Below, piece by piece: positions 52,916 through 64,000 of a stretch of 64,000 bases of DNA. Position 1 is the stretch's first letter, and the number at the start of each line of letters is the position of its first letter. The DNA is from Octopus vulgaris. Taxonomy: Eukaryota. Both the position numbers and the translations under genes were made by a program. The notes under the pieces were generated by a model that worked only from the letters and a program-made list of their open reading frames with translations, had not been told where the DNA came from and searched no databases. The DNA is taken from positions 100,564,001 to 100,628,000 of the forward strand of contig OX597823.1 in assembly GCA_951406725.2 (NCBI GenBank), in the 5' to 3' direction.

Positions 52916-53972
52916 TGAAAAGTGCTTTTCAAATAAAAGAATGAAATTAATCAAAGAGTCTGAAGAATTTGTTCGGCAACTCGTCTTGTCTTATATATAT
53001 ATAAGTATGGTATCCATAAAGAATAACAGGATTTGATTTTGGAATTAATTATGCAAAGAAATTTTTCAAGCTGAAATAATGTAATAATTCTTTGATTACA
53101 GCATTCTTTGGAAGATGCTTGAGCTCCTTTTTTATATCTGAATAATGTTTGATTGTTCTTTGGGTTTCTCTTATAATGCTTTGCTCAGCTTTCCTTTCTC
53201 CTGCCAATTATCATTTTCTTTCATCCAGACTTCCCATGTGTGTTTGTTTTAATTGATTCAAAATAAAAGAATGAATTCCTTTATATGATACAAATAGATG
53301 GCAGAGAAACTGAATGGAACCAAGATAAAAATTCCAACTTGATTCAATGCAAAAACAAATAAATTACGAGTAGTCATTGGGACGTGGAGAGAGTGTATTG
53401 TGAGGAGAGAGAAAGAGAGTTGGTGGAATGAAGAGCAACATTCCAAATGGATCCGAAAAACAAACTATTTATAAATACCAATAGTTTCCAGCATTGGCAT
53501 TTCAGCCAACGATGACATATTGATTGGTCTGGCACTGATTTACTGTCTCACATGTTATCAGTGTTTTATTTTAGTTATGGCTATGTTTACACTGTCTTTT
53601 TGTTTTTCCTTATTATCAATTTATTTATCTCTTTAATGATTCATGAAGTGCACCCAGAAATAATCCAAATAATGGTGTTTCTAATCATTTTTAATGTTCT
53701 GCTAGATTTATCATCATTTATTGTCCACTTTTCCAGGCCTGCATGGGTCAGACAGAATTTGTCGAGTAAGATTTTCTATGACTGGATGACCTTGCCATTG
53801 CCAGCTCCCATCTGTTTCCAGGCAACGTAATACTTCCTCATATCACAACATGTTTTCCAAGGAACATTAGAAACAAATAACCTCTCTTGTATGACAGTGA
53901 TGCTCTTTTACAAGCATCACTGGATGTGGTTTCTAAAGAAGGTCTGTAGAGAAAACCTGATTTTATCTTTTA

Positions 53973-56362
53973 CTAGCAGAATTGCCCGGCGTTGCTCGGG
54001 GCTGAATTGCTTGAAAGTACTGTTAATGATTGCACTGAATTATGATGATTATTCAGGCAAATATTGATATAAGTTTACGGTGGGAGATAAGGACTTAATG
54101 ATAAAACGTGTGCCATTGCATTGTTTTGGGGGAACCAAATTTCTGATGAGCATTATAGGGGCACCAACTTTAAGTTTGAGAAAGTGTGGTGGTAGTCCGG
54201 AGTTGTATCGATAGACTGATATACTTCCCCAGGAATGAGTTTTAGCATTTCATCATTAATATGGTGAACAGTTTTATTCCTCGGGGCCAGTATAGCCTTT
54301 TTGCCAATCCAATCCATATTCTGATAATTAGCTTGTAGATCTGGGAACACTGCATCTCTGAGATCAGAAGGCGTCTTAACAATGGTACAAATGGAATCGA
54401 TGGCAATATTACCATTTTCATCCCCTGGTATTTTGCCTTCGCCAAGTGCAAGGAGGGTGTGAGGAAATGCTGCTGATGTGATATTACGTCGCATATGAGC
54501 ACGCATATTGGTGTGAAGTTTGAGAGTTACTTCCCTTTATTAAAAAAAATATGCATTAAAATGGAAAAAAATGATGGTAAATTATTTGTAAAATCATAGA
54601 CTCATCGTAGACGCGCGCTAATACCCAGAAGGGCTCGATATGAATCACGACTATAAGATACCCGGTTTTGGTTAAACTGCATTGCAAAATGTGGGAGTAG
54701 TTAGGAATCTAAATCGGAGTAGACAGACACACAACCTTTCTTTTATATATAAATATTTTCGTCCTAAAAAACTTTGTATGGATTGAATGGTTACCTCTAT
54801 GGAAATATATACATGCACATTATACATACATGTGTGTATAGATGAATATATAAATACATTTAAATATCTATATACACTTTTGGGCGATCTTTCTTTTTCT
54901 TAGAGATAACTTTAGATCTTATATTCGTCCTATAAAACTTTGTATGGAGTGAATGGTTACCTCTATGGAAATATATACACGCACATTATACATACATCTG
55001 TGTACAGATGAATATATAAATACATTTAAATATCTATATACACTTTTGGGCGATCTTTCTTTTTCTTAGAGATAACTTTAGATCTTATATTCGTCCTATA
55101 AAACTTTGTATGGAGTGAATGGTTACCTCTATGGAAATATATACACACACGTTATACATACATGTGTGCATAGATGAATATATAAATACATTTAAATATC
55201 TATATACACTTTTGGGCGATCTTTCTTTTTCTTAGAGATAACTTTAGATCTTATATTCATCCTAAAAAACTTTGTATGGAGTGAAAGGTTACCTCTATGG
55301 AAATATATACACACACATTATACATACATCTGTGTATAGATGAATATATAAATACATTTAAATATCTATATACACTTTTGGGCGATCTTTCTTTTTCTTA
55401 GAGATAACTTTAGATCTTATATTCATCCTAAAAAACTTTGTATGGAGTGAATGGTTACCTCTATGGAAATATATACACACACATTATACATACATCTGTG
55501 TATAGATGAATATATAAATACATTTAAATATCTATATACACTTTTAGGCGATCTTTCTTTTTCTTAGAGATAACTTTAGATCTTATATTCGTCCTAAAAA
55601 ACTTTGTATGGAGTGAATGGTTACCTCTATGGAAATATATACACACACGTTATACATACATGTGTGCATAGATGAATATATAAATACATTTAAATATCTA
55701 TATACACTTTTGGGCGATCTTTCTGCTACTTGTATATACTTTAGATCTTATATTCGTCCTAAAAAACTTTGTATGGAGTGAAAGGTTACCGCTATGGAAA
55801 TATATACACACACATTATACATACATCTGTGTATAGATGAATATATAAATACATTTAAATATCTATATACACTTTTGGGCGATCTTTCTGCTACTTGGAT
55901 ATAGGTCTTATATTCGTCGTAAAAAACGCACACACACACATGCATCCTCACACACACACACACACGCACACACACACACACTCACACACACACACGTTAG
56001 CTTACAATTTTATTTATATATTTGCATGTCTATGTGTTTAAAGAGGAAGTGGGAATGTAGAGTGAAAGAGTCACTCACTACAGAAAGTGAATTACTTTCA
56101 CTTTATTCGTTGCACACTGTGTGTGTGCGTTTGCGTGTGCTGTATCCCACACTAAGAGAAGCATTTGACTCATACACCACAATGTGAGTTTTCTCTAAAT
56201 TTTGCTTAATTGGGGTTGAAATTTTAAAAAGTGGACCTGGCACGACCCAATGCATTCTACTCTTAAAAATGCTAGGTAAATTGTAATTGAAGAAATCCTA
56301 TATTGTAGATTTCTATAAGATACAAAGGGAGGCAGATAAAATCTGCCTTTTATAATAAGAGA
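53973..56362 (-). mobile_element. Helitron (composite, non-autonomous) with Pif1-like helicase fragment
   Basis: Minus-strand 3' end is a CCCGAGCAACGCCGGG hairpin followed by CTAG|T (53973); 5' end is A|TCTCTTATTATAAAA (56362). A helicase fragment at 54100-54530 reads L.TNMR, KAILAPRN, INDEML, LKVGAPIMLIRNL and CNGTR. Confidence 0.8.
54757..55925. repeat. Tandem array of about 7 x 166-bp units
   Basis: Register TTCGTCC/TTCATCC recurs at ~54760, 54926, 55092, 55258, 55424, 55590 and 55755, then a partial unit. Confidence 0.95.
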
Positions 56363-56797
56363 TTTGCTTCAGCCATTGCAGTGTGCTTATGCCAGGGCTC
56401 TGCCTTGAAGAATTTCAGTTCAACAAATCAACCCCATTAATTGTTTTTGTCTTTTTTAAGCCTAGTATTTATTCTTTTGTTCTCTTTTGCTGAACCGCCA
56501 AGTTACAGAAATATAAACACACAAACACACACACACACACATATATATATATACACACACAATGGGCTTCTTGGCTTCTTTTAGTTTCCATCTCCCAAAA
56601 TCTACTCATAAGACTTTGGTTGGCCCAGGGCTATAGTAGAAGATATTTGCACAAGGTACCACACAGTGGGACTGAACCAAAGAGAACACACACATTAGGG
56701 AAGAAGCCTTTCCAACAACACAGCTATGCCTTCTAGATTAGAAAGTGAATATCTCATTGTTTTTCATCATCATCATAGCATGCATCAACAAACTTAC

Positions 56798-56860
56798 TGA
56801 TTGCTATAAACAAGAGTCCCTGCTCTTATTAGATTTATCAGTCCAGCAGGGTAGCCTTGG
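56798..56860 (-). CDS. Possible further upstream OCRL exon (QGYPAGLINLIRAGTLVYSN-H)
   Basis: cacttcag acceptor and CA|gtaagt donor; 63 nt, ends in phase 2 as the 51514 exon requires; protein similarity is weak. Confidence 0.3.
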
Positions 56861-57419
56861 CTGAAGTGACTCAGAATGAAAAGGAAATGCTGTGATGTCT
56901 CAAAGTTTCCTTACATTGGTGACTAGCATGCGTTTGAGATACACGTTGTCTAAAGAGAAGAGATGTTCTCCAATGATGGAAAACAACAGGGATCAGATAT
57001 TCACATCCAAATCTACCAGAATCTATTCATGAATAGTTATCTTTTCTCTCTCTTTTTCGTCTTACTATTTGAAATCTTTTGTTTCTCACATTCTATAACT
57101 CAATCACCTAACTCTTTTTCTCTTTGTTTTTCATTAAACTACTCAACACTTCTTTCTCTCTCTCCCTCACCTTTACTCCATGCTCTCTCTCTCTCTCTCT
57201 GAATTTTCATCCCACTCCTTTTTTTCCTCTCACTTTCTCATCATCTTTTACACTCTATTTTTTCCATTTTCTTTTCAATCTTACTCTTTCTTTCACATAC
57301 ACTTGCTTCCCAACAGTAATAGTTGCTATGACAACAAGTGAATTAATAGTATGTATAAGTTACACTACAGCATGATAGAACCAACCAACAAAAAAGTACA
57401 TACACATTATATATATATA

Positions 57420-57905
57420 TATCATCATCATCATCATCGTTTAACGTCCGCTTACCATGCTGGTATGGGTTGGACGATTTGACTGAGGACTGGCGAACCA
57501 GATGGCTGCACCAGGCTCCAATCTGGCACGGTTTCTACAGCTGGATGCCCTTCATAAGGCCAACTGCTCCGACAGTGTAGTGGGTGCTTTTATGTGCCAC
57601 CGGCATGAAGGCCAGTTAGGCGGATCTGGCAATGGCCACGCTCAAAAGATGTTTTTTATGTGCCACCTGCACAGGAGCCAGTCTGGCAGCATTGGCAATG
57701 ACCATGCTCAAATGTTGTTTTTCACATGCCACTGCCACCTGTGCCAGTAAGGCGACACTGGCAACGATCACGCTCGAATGGTGCTTTTTACGTGCCACCA
57801 ACACAGGAGCCAATCAGTGGCCCTGGCAACAATCACGCTCAGATGGTGCTTTTAACGCTCCACTGGCACAAGTACCAATCAGGCAGTACTGTCATCGGCC
57901 ATGTC
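57420..57905 (-). mobile_element. RTE 3' UTR copy with tandem units
   Basis: Starts (CAT)n-CGTTTAACGTCCGC and carries repeated TTTTACGTGCCAC units. Confidence 0.8.
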
Positions 57906-57939
57906 AGCGAAACACACACACACAAATTATATATACATA

Positions 57940-58490
57940 ATGTGAGAAAGTGCTGGCTGCCTCTGTGCATTGCATTTATTGATTACGAGAAAGCCTTTGA
58001 CAGCACTGATATATCAACGCAGTACTGCAAGCTCTCAGGGAACAAGGTGTGACAATGCAGTATGTTACCCACCTTAGGGAGGTGAATAATGGGTGCACAA
58101 CGAATGTGGATCTGTTATCCTCAACAGTGAATGTTCCGGTGGAGAAGGGTGTCAAGCAAGGCTTTCTGTAGCATGTCTCAAGATGGTCATGCGAGACATC
58201 AACTGGAATGGAGGACATAAAGATAAATGGAGAGCTGATCAACCATCTGAGATTTGCTGATGGCGGAGAGCAGTGGTCAGCTTTTGACCATGCTGGATGA
58301 ACTGGATTGCAGGGGTTCGGCAGTCAGCCTGAAGACCAACCATACAGAAACCAAGTACATGCAGCCTGAGGGTATACCAATCAGTCACTTAACAGCCAGA
58401 CATGACGAAAAAGAAGAGGTGAGCAGCTATGTGTATCTTGGTCAAGAAGTGACTGTAAAGCAAGAGATGAAGAATGAGATCTTGCAATGG
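57940..58490 (+). mobile_element. RTE-type RT fragment from a different family
   Basis: PLCIAFIDYEKAFDS, KGVKQG, NHLRFAD and YVYLGQ. Confidence 0.75.
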
Positions 58491-58541
58491 GTAAGATATA
58501 ATATATACAGAGTCAATAAAACATATATCGGAAAAAAAGCA

Positions 58542-58630
58542 CACTCTGAAGAATAGAGCTAAAACAAAAAGTTAAATTCTGGTCATAGAGTTATTAAAGG
58601 TTTTGTATCCATGAAAGTCACAGCTTTGTG
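58542..58630 (+). ncRNA. Degenerate hammerhead motif with extended stem II
   Basis: CACU-CUGAAGA-AUAGA..AAAAC / GUUUU..UCCAU-GAAAG-ucacag-CUU-UGUG; several mismatches. Confidence 0.35.
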
Positions 58631-58745
58631 GACAGCTTGTCAGGCTACATACAAAGACACAAAAAAATTAAACTTTCTACCTTGCAGATGTGGGGAAATG
58701 CTTAAATAGAGATTTAATGGCTAATCAAACATATATATTTGTATA

Positions 58746-58790
<45 letters not shown>

Positions 58791-59154
58791 TTATCATTAA
58801 ATTCTGTTGTCCATGCTGGCATGGGCTGGATGGTTTGACCCGGACTGGCAAACTGGAAAGCTGCACCAGACCCCAGTCAGATTTGGCATAGTTTCTGTGG
58901 CTGGATGCCTTTCCTAACCCTAACCACTCTGAGAGTGTAATGGGTGCTTTTACGTGCCACCACCACGGGTGCCAATTGCATGATACTAGTATCTGCCATG
59001 ACTGCACTTTTGCTTGGCTTGCGGGGTCTTCTCAAGCACGACATAATGCCAAAGGTCTCAGTAATTGCCTCTGTGAGGTCGAACAACTGAAAGTAGCTCA
59101 GCCACTTTGTCTCCATGAGGCCCAACACTCAAAAGAGGCATTTTACGTGGCACT

Positions 59155-59198
<44 letters not shown>

Positions 59199-59254
59199 CA
59201 CACACACACACATGCTTTTATATATATAAAAATCACAAATTCCTCCAGGTTAAT

Positions 59255-59685
59255 AGTTCTGCTAGGCGTCGGTAGAATCTCCGTCTGAGAAGGTAGTTTT
59301 TGTGTGTGACAGATGCACAGGGGCAATAAACACTGAAGATGTACAGAAAACAGATTCCATCACATCCCAAGGGGAAAAACTAGAAGCAGTTGATAGGTTC
59401 TGTTACCTAAGTGACCAAGTAAGTAGTGGGGGTGGAAGCTCCAAGAGTGTAGCTGATAGAATAAGAGTAGTCTGGGCAAAGTTCAGAGAGCTCCTACCTC
59501 TGCTGGTAACAAAGGGTCTCTTGCTAAGTGAAAAGTAGATACCTGTGTGCAAACAGCCATGTTACACAGCAGTGAAACATGAACTGTGACTGCTGAGGAC
59601 AAGTGTAGGCTTGAAAGAAATGAAGATAGTATGCTCTGCTAGATGTGTAATGTCAGTGTGTATACACAACTGAGTGTAAGTGCAG
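59255..59685 (+). mobile_element. RTE LINE fragment
   Basis: CDRCTGAI..FCYLSDQVSSGGG..RIRVVWAKFRELLPLL. Confidence 0.8.
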
Positions 59686-60109
59686 CATTGGACTGCTTCA
59701 AGCTCCATTGTTAGTTTGGCACTATGTGGTGACCATGGATGCACAATGACCCAGTGGTTAGGGCAGTGGACTTGCAGTTGTAGGATCATGGTCTCAGTTC
59801 CCAGACCAGGTGTTGTGAGCATTTCTTGAGTGAAAACACCTAAAGCTCCACATGGCTCCGGTAGGATTTGGTGGCAAACCGTGCTGTACTCTCTTGCCAC
59901 AACCTTCTCTCACTCTTTCTTTCTGTTTCTGTTGTACCTATATTTCAAAGGGCTAGCATTGTCACACACTGTGTCCCACTGAATCTCCCTGAGAACTAAA
60001 TTAAGGGTACACGTGTTTGTGGAGTGCTCAGTCACTTGCACGTTAATTTCATGAGCAGGCTGTTCTGTTGATCATATCAACTGGAACCCTCATCGTCATA
60101 ATCAACAGG

Positions 60110-61310
60110 TATGTGGAGACCATACCTGGGAGCAGTAGTCCAGGCGACTGAGAACAAAGGTTCTCCACAGGGTCAACATAGTTGGAGCCCTCTCCATGGA
60201 GACAGTAATGGCAAAGTCTGGATATTTGGTACTATGCAGTGGCACTCCATCCTGCTGTTTGTGAAAATGGTAAGGAATTGTATTGGGACCACTGCTGTTC
60301 ATGGTGGCTCTTTCAGACATGCCACAGGTTACACAGACAGCCACACTTACTAGCTATGCTAACGACACAAAAGTAGTACAAGCAGTCAAGGTACCTTCTG
60401 ATGCTAATCTTCAACAGAAATATATAAATGGGTTGAGGAAAAGAGCATGTAGTTTAATGCAGGCAAATTCCAAGCCCTCCGCTACCAACTAATTGGTGCT
60501 CAGAAGACACAACAATGATACTTTGGACTAAAAGGAGTGGCAATCCCAGTGTCACATACAGTGCATGACCTGGGGATGCCTCGTTTCACATGCATATCAC
60601 CAAGTTGGTGGCAGTGTGCAGTCGAATGGATGAACATTCAGAACAAAGGACCAAGAAACTATGCTGGTTCTACGGAGGACATTTGTACTCAGCCATCTGG
60701 ACAGTTGCTCTCAACTGTGATCACTCTACAGTGTCAAATTAATAGCAGAACTTGAGGCAGTTCAGCGATGTAACACCAGGAAGATTGCATCAATGGAACA
60801 GCTGAGCTACTGGGAGAGGTATGCAGTGGTGTATGTATGGAAGATCCTGGAAGGGCTAGCATCAAACTTTGGAATTGAGAGCTATACAAGGCCCTGAACT
60901 GGATGTCACTGCACTGTTCCAAAGGTCGAGAGCTATACAAGGCCCTGAACTGGATGTCACTGTACTGTTCTAAAGGTCCTAGCTATCCCATCTAAAGTGA
61001 GGACTATGTACTGCAATAGCTTGGCATTTAAGGGCTCCAACTATTTAACCCTCTGCCAAAACATCTGAAGGCCCACAGCTATTGAACACCTTGCCGAAAC
61101 ATCTAAGGGATCTGAGATGTTTTCAAGAAACAACTTGACCTTCTGCTATCCAAGGTCCCATATGAACCAATATCAAGGCAGGAAACACAAAAAAGGAAAG
61201 CAGTGTCGAACTCTCTCCTTCACCAAAAGCCAATCACATAGAATTGACCATTAAAGAGGTGATTACACTGGCATTTCCCCAGCATGGTCACAGCCTTAGA
61301 TGCTGAAGCA
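60110..61310 (+). mobile_element. Degenerate CR1-like LINE fragment
   Basis: GIVLGPLLF..YANDT, LEAVQR and VWKILEG; tail CCCCAGCATGGTCACAGC; includes a small inverted piece and a ~49-bp tandem duplication near 60880-60978. Confidence 0.75.
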
Positions 61311-61325
61311 TGTAATATATATATA

Positions 61326-61533
61326 TTTCTTTACTACCCACAAGGGGCTAAACACAAAGGGGACAAACGGATTAAGTTGATTACATCGACCCCAGTGCAT
61401 AACTGGTACTTAATTTATCGACCCCGATAGGATGAAAGGCAAAGTCGACCTTGGCGGAATTTGAACTCAGAACATAACAACAAACGAAATACGGCTATGC
61501 ATTTTGCTAACGTTTCTGCCAGCTCACCGCCTT
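61326..61533 (-). mobile_element. tRNA-derived SINE (same family as 20361-20594)
   Basis: Reverse complement of the 20361 element, including its CCCCTTGTGGGTAGTAAAGAAA end. Confidence 0.8.
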
Positions 61534-61647
61534 CATGTAATACATATATATATATATATATATATACTTTATTTAAAGCATATTACTCTACCACTGGTAT
61601 TTGAGTACTCTTTTTTCCACCTTGTTTCACATTTATGTGTTTACTCC

Positions 61648-61681
<34 letters not shown>

Positions 61682-61789
61682 TATACACACACAATCATCA
61701 TCGTTATCATCATCTTTTAACATCAGTTGCCCATACTGACAGGAGTTGGTCAGTTAGACCAGAGATGGCAGGAATTCCATATGGTGTAC

Positions 61790-62756
61790 ACAATATAAGC
61801 TATGGACACACAAGAGGTGCAATGGGAAGTTATCAGAGACGGTAGTGTTTGTATGTGGAAGATGCACAGGAGCCATAAAAACTACAGATACTCAGGAAAT
61901 TGATTCTCTCAAATGCCCTGGTGGCTCATTAGCTAGAGGTAGGGGATAATTTCTGCTATCTAGAGGACCAAATTAGATGTGGGGGAGGATGCACAGAAAG
62001 TATGATAGCTGGAATAGAAATAGGATGATGGAAATTCAGAGAGCTTTTATCTTTGTTGGCTACAAATGGTTTCTCACTCTGAGGGTAAGAAAGAGTGTAT
62101 GATGCATGCTTGTGGACAGCAATTCTACATGGTAGCAAGACATGGGCCCTGAATGCAGAGGACAGGCGAAGGCTAGAGAGGACTGAGGTTAGTATGCTCT
62201 GATGTGTAATGTAAGTGTACATGTTCAACAGAGTGCTAGTGTATTGGGAGAGAAGTTAAGCATGAGAGGAATTAGATGCAGTTTGTAAGAGAGAAAACTA
62301 TGCTGGTTTGGTAATGCCAACTGCTGAACAAGTGCCGATCTCTCAAAGTGGATGAAACATGTGGAATAGGGGGACCTAGGAAGACATGAGATGAAGTACA
62401 GAAAGACGACCTCAGGATGCTGAACCATTCAGATGAGATGAAAAAGGACCAAGATACCTGGCATCTTGCTGTACTCAAGAAGATTCATCCTCCACAGCAA
62501 AAGTGTTAACCCCTCCCCCACCGGCAAAGAGGATTGACCTGCAAGAGTTGTGTGCCTGTGCCATGTAAAAAGCACTTGTACTGGTGCCACATAAAAGTAC
62601 CCACCACACTCTGTAAAGTGGTTGGCATTAGGAAGAGCATCCAGCCAGAGAAACTCTGCCTAATCAGACAGGAGCCTGGTGTGGCTCTCCAGCTTGCCAG
62701 CTCTGGTCAAAGGGCCGAATCCATGTCAACATGGACAATGGACGTTAAATGATGAT
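61790..62756 (+). mobile_element. Degenerate RTE LINE 3' part
   Basis: CGRCTGAI, KFRELL and GPRKT.DEV; tail ends GGACGTTAAATGATGATG. Confidence 0.8.
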
Positions 62757-62789
62757 GTCAGTCTTTTTCTTCTTTAAAGAAAGAACCGT

Positions 62790-63625
62790 TTTTACTTTAT
62801 TTTTTTGCAGAATAATTGACTATGAAAAATTAGAATCCCTCAATTTGTGGGAGAGACATGGAATCCTTCCTTGGAATCCATGCTGGATGGACAAACAAGG
62901 AGATTTCAGACTTCCTCAATATCAGCAGAAGGATGATGGAAAAGGTCAGACAGAAGCTGGAAGATTCAGGGTTTGACTACAAGACAGAGAGGAAAATCAG
63001 AGCACCAGAATTTGCCCCTGAAATCCAGATCATCAACAATAACTCCAGTAAGTCAATGTGTGTAATTGAACAGGAGAAAGGAATGGATGAAAAGCTCAAC
63101 AGGATGGAGGTGCATGAGGAACAGTTACTACTTTTCATACCAAAACAAGGGAAGAGACAATTTGTGTCCAAGGTGATGCAGGGAAAGTGACTCGAGCACA
63201 CCAAAAAGCTGATCAACATGAAACAGCTACTGGAGCCAGACATGCTGTGGGTCTTCTCAAATGAGAAGAATTTCCACCAAGACCAGAAATTTAGCACCGA
63301 GAACAACTCATCTGACTGCAACCTCCTTGACTTCTTTGTGTGGGGCATAGTGGAATGAAAGACCAACGAATCCAGCTACAACAAGAAAGATGAGCCGAGG
63401 GCCAGGATTACCAGGGCCTACTAAAATGGGAGATAGTAACAAAGGCCTGTGGTTCAGAGGTTGCCTGGTGGCTGCCATCAAGGCCAAAGGTAGGTTCATT
63501 GAGTGAAAAACAAAATATGTCATGAAGATAAACCGATCTGAATTTGATGAATATATCTGAAAAACTAAAAATACAGTTTATTTTTGCCAGAGCAGTCATC
63601 ATTTGAACGAATACCGTCCACACCC
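62790..63625 (+). mobile_element. Degenerate Tc1/mariner-family transposon
   Basis: WVFSNEKNF (FSDEK-like) and SSDCNLLDFFVWGIVE (SPDLNP.D..WG-like); internal deletion. Confidence 0.75.
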
Positions 63626-64000
63626 AGCAGAGCTGAAGTTACTGCATACTTCCTACACTAAGCATACAAAGTACTACATGCGAACCAGAAGGACCCCCTC
63701 TAAGTTTCTTTCACTGCACACTTTCTACAGTGATTAGTGAAGAAGCGGGGGTAAAGTAGAGCTGCAATATCCCTTAGTCCTGTCACACTGGGGAGCTCAA
63801 GTGTTGGCAAACAAGGGGAGGAAATGTAGAGTTGTGAGGCTCCTTTGGTCTTATCTTGCTGAGGGTTTATAAAACTCTCTAGAACTGGTGCCACAAGAGA
63901 ATGTACACAGTGCATTCTGTAAAGTGGTTGGTGGTAGGAAGAGTATCCATCTGTAGGAACCGGATCAAAATGAAAACAGAGCTCCTCCCACTTAAGAAAG

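Noticed and set aside
54757-55925. Regular array that could be mistaken for CRISPR
   Set aside because: Units are near-identical over their whole length with no unique spacers, there are no cas genes, and the context is eukaryotic.
56915-56949. 35-nt minus-strand segment with good splice signals
   Set aside because: It would need a 54-nt intron to the next candidate exon, the phase-compatible frame contains a stop, and there is no protein similarity.

Overview
AT-rich, repeat-dense eukaryotic DNA. The SINE/RTE tails and very large (TA/CA)n tracts suggest an octopus or other coleoid cephalopod, which is an inference. The window carries the 5' half of an OCRL/INPP5B-type inositol polyphosphate 5-phosphatase gene on the minus strand. 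Nine GT-AG exons with mutually compatible phases lie between 51514 and 5228 and encode part of the PH domain, a linker and the start of the 5-phosphatase domain; both ends of the gene lie outside what can be seen here. The introns hold RTE, CR1-like, R4/Dong-like and I-like LINE remnants, tRNA-derived SINEs, a deleted Gypsy LTR element, Chapaev3-like and Tc1/mariner relics, a Helitron enclosing a 166-bp satellite, and many Penelope-like element (PLE) fragments. The main hidden signal is a set of type I hammerhead ribozyme motifs in PLE-derived, often microsatellite-flanked segments. Two have intact cores and unusually long stem II inserts, several are in the sense orientation of the OCRL pre-mRNA, and several are degenerate. 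There is also a ~256-bp spacerless palindrome next to an exon and a ~217-nt G:U-biased hairpin. All structures were assigned by eye; nothing was computed or searched.
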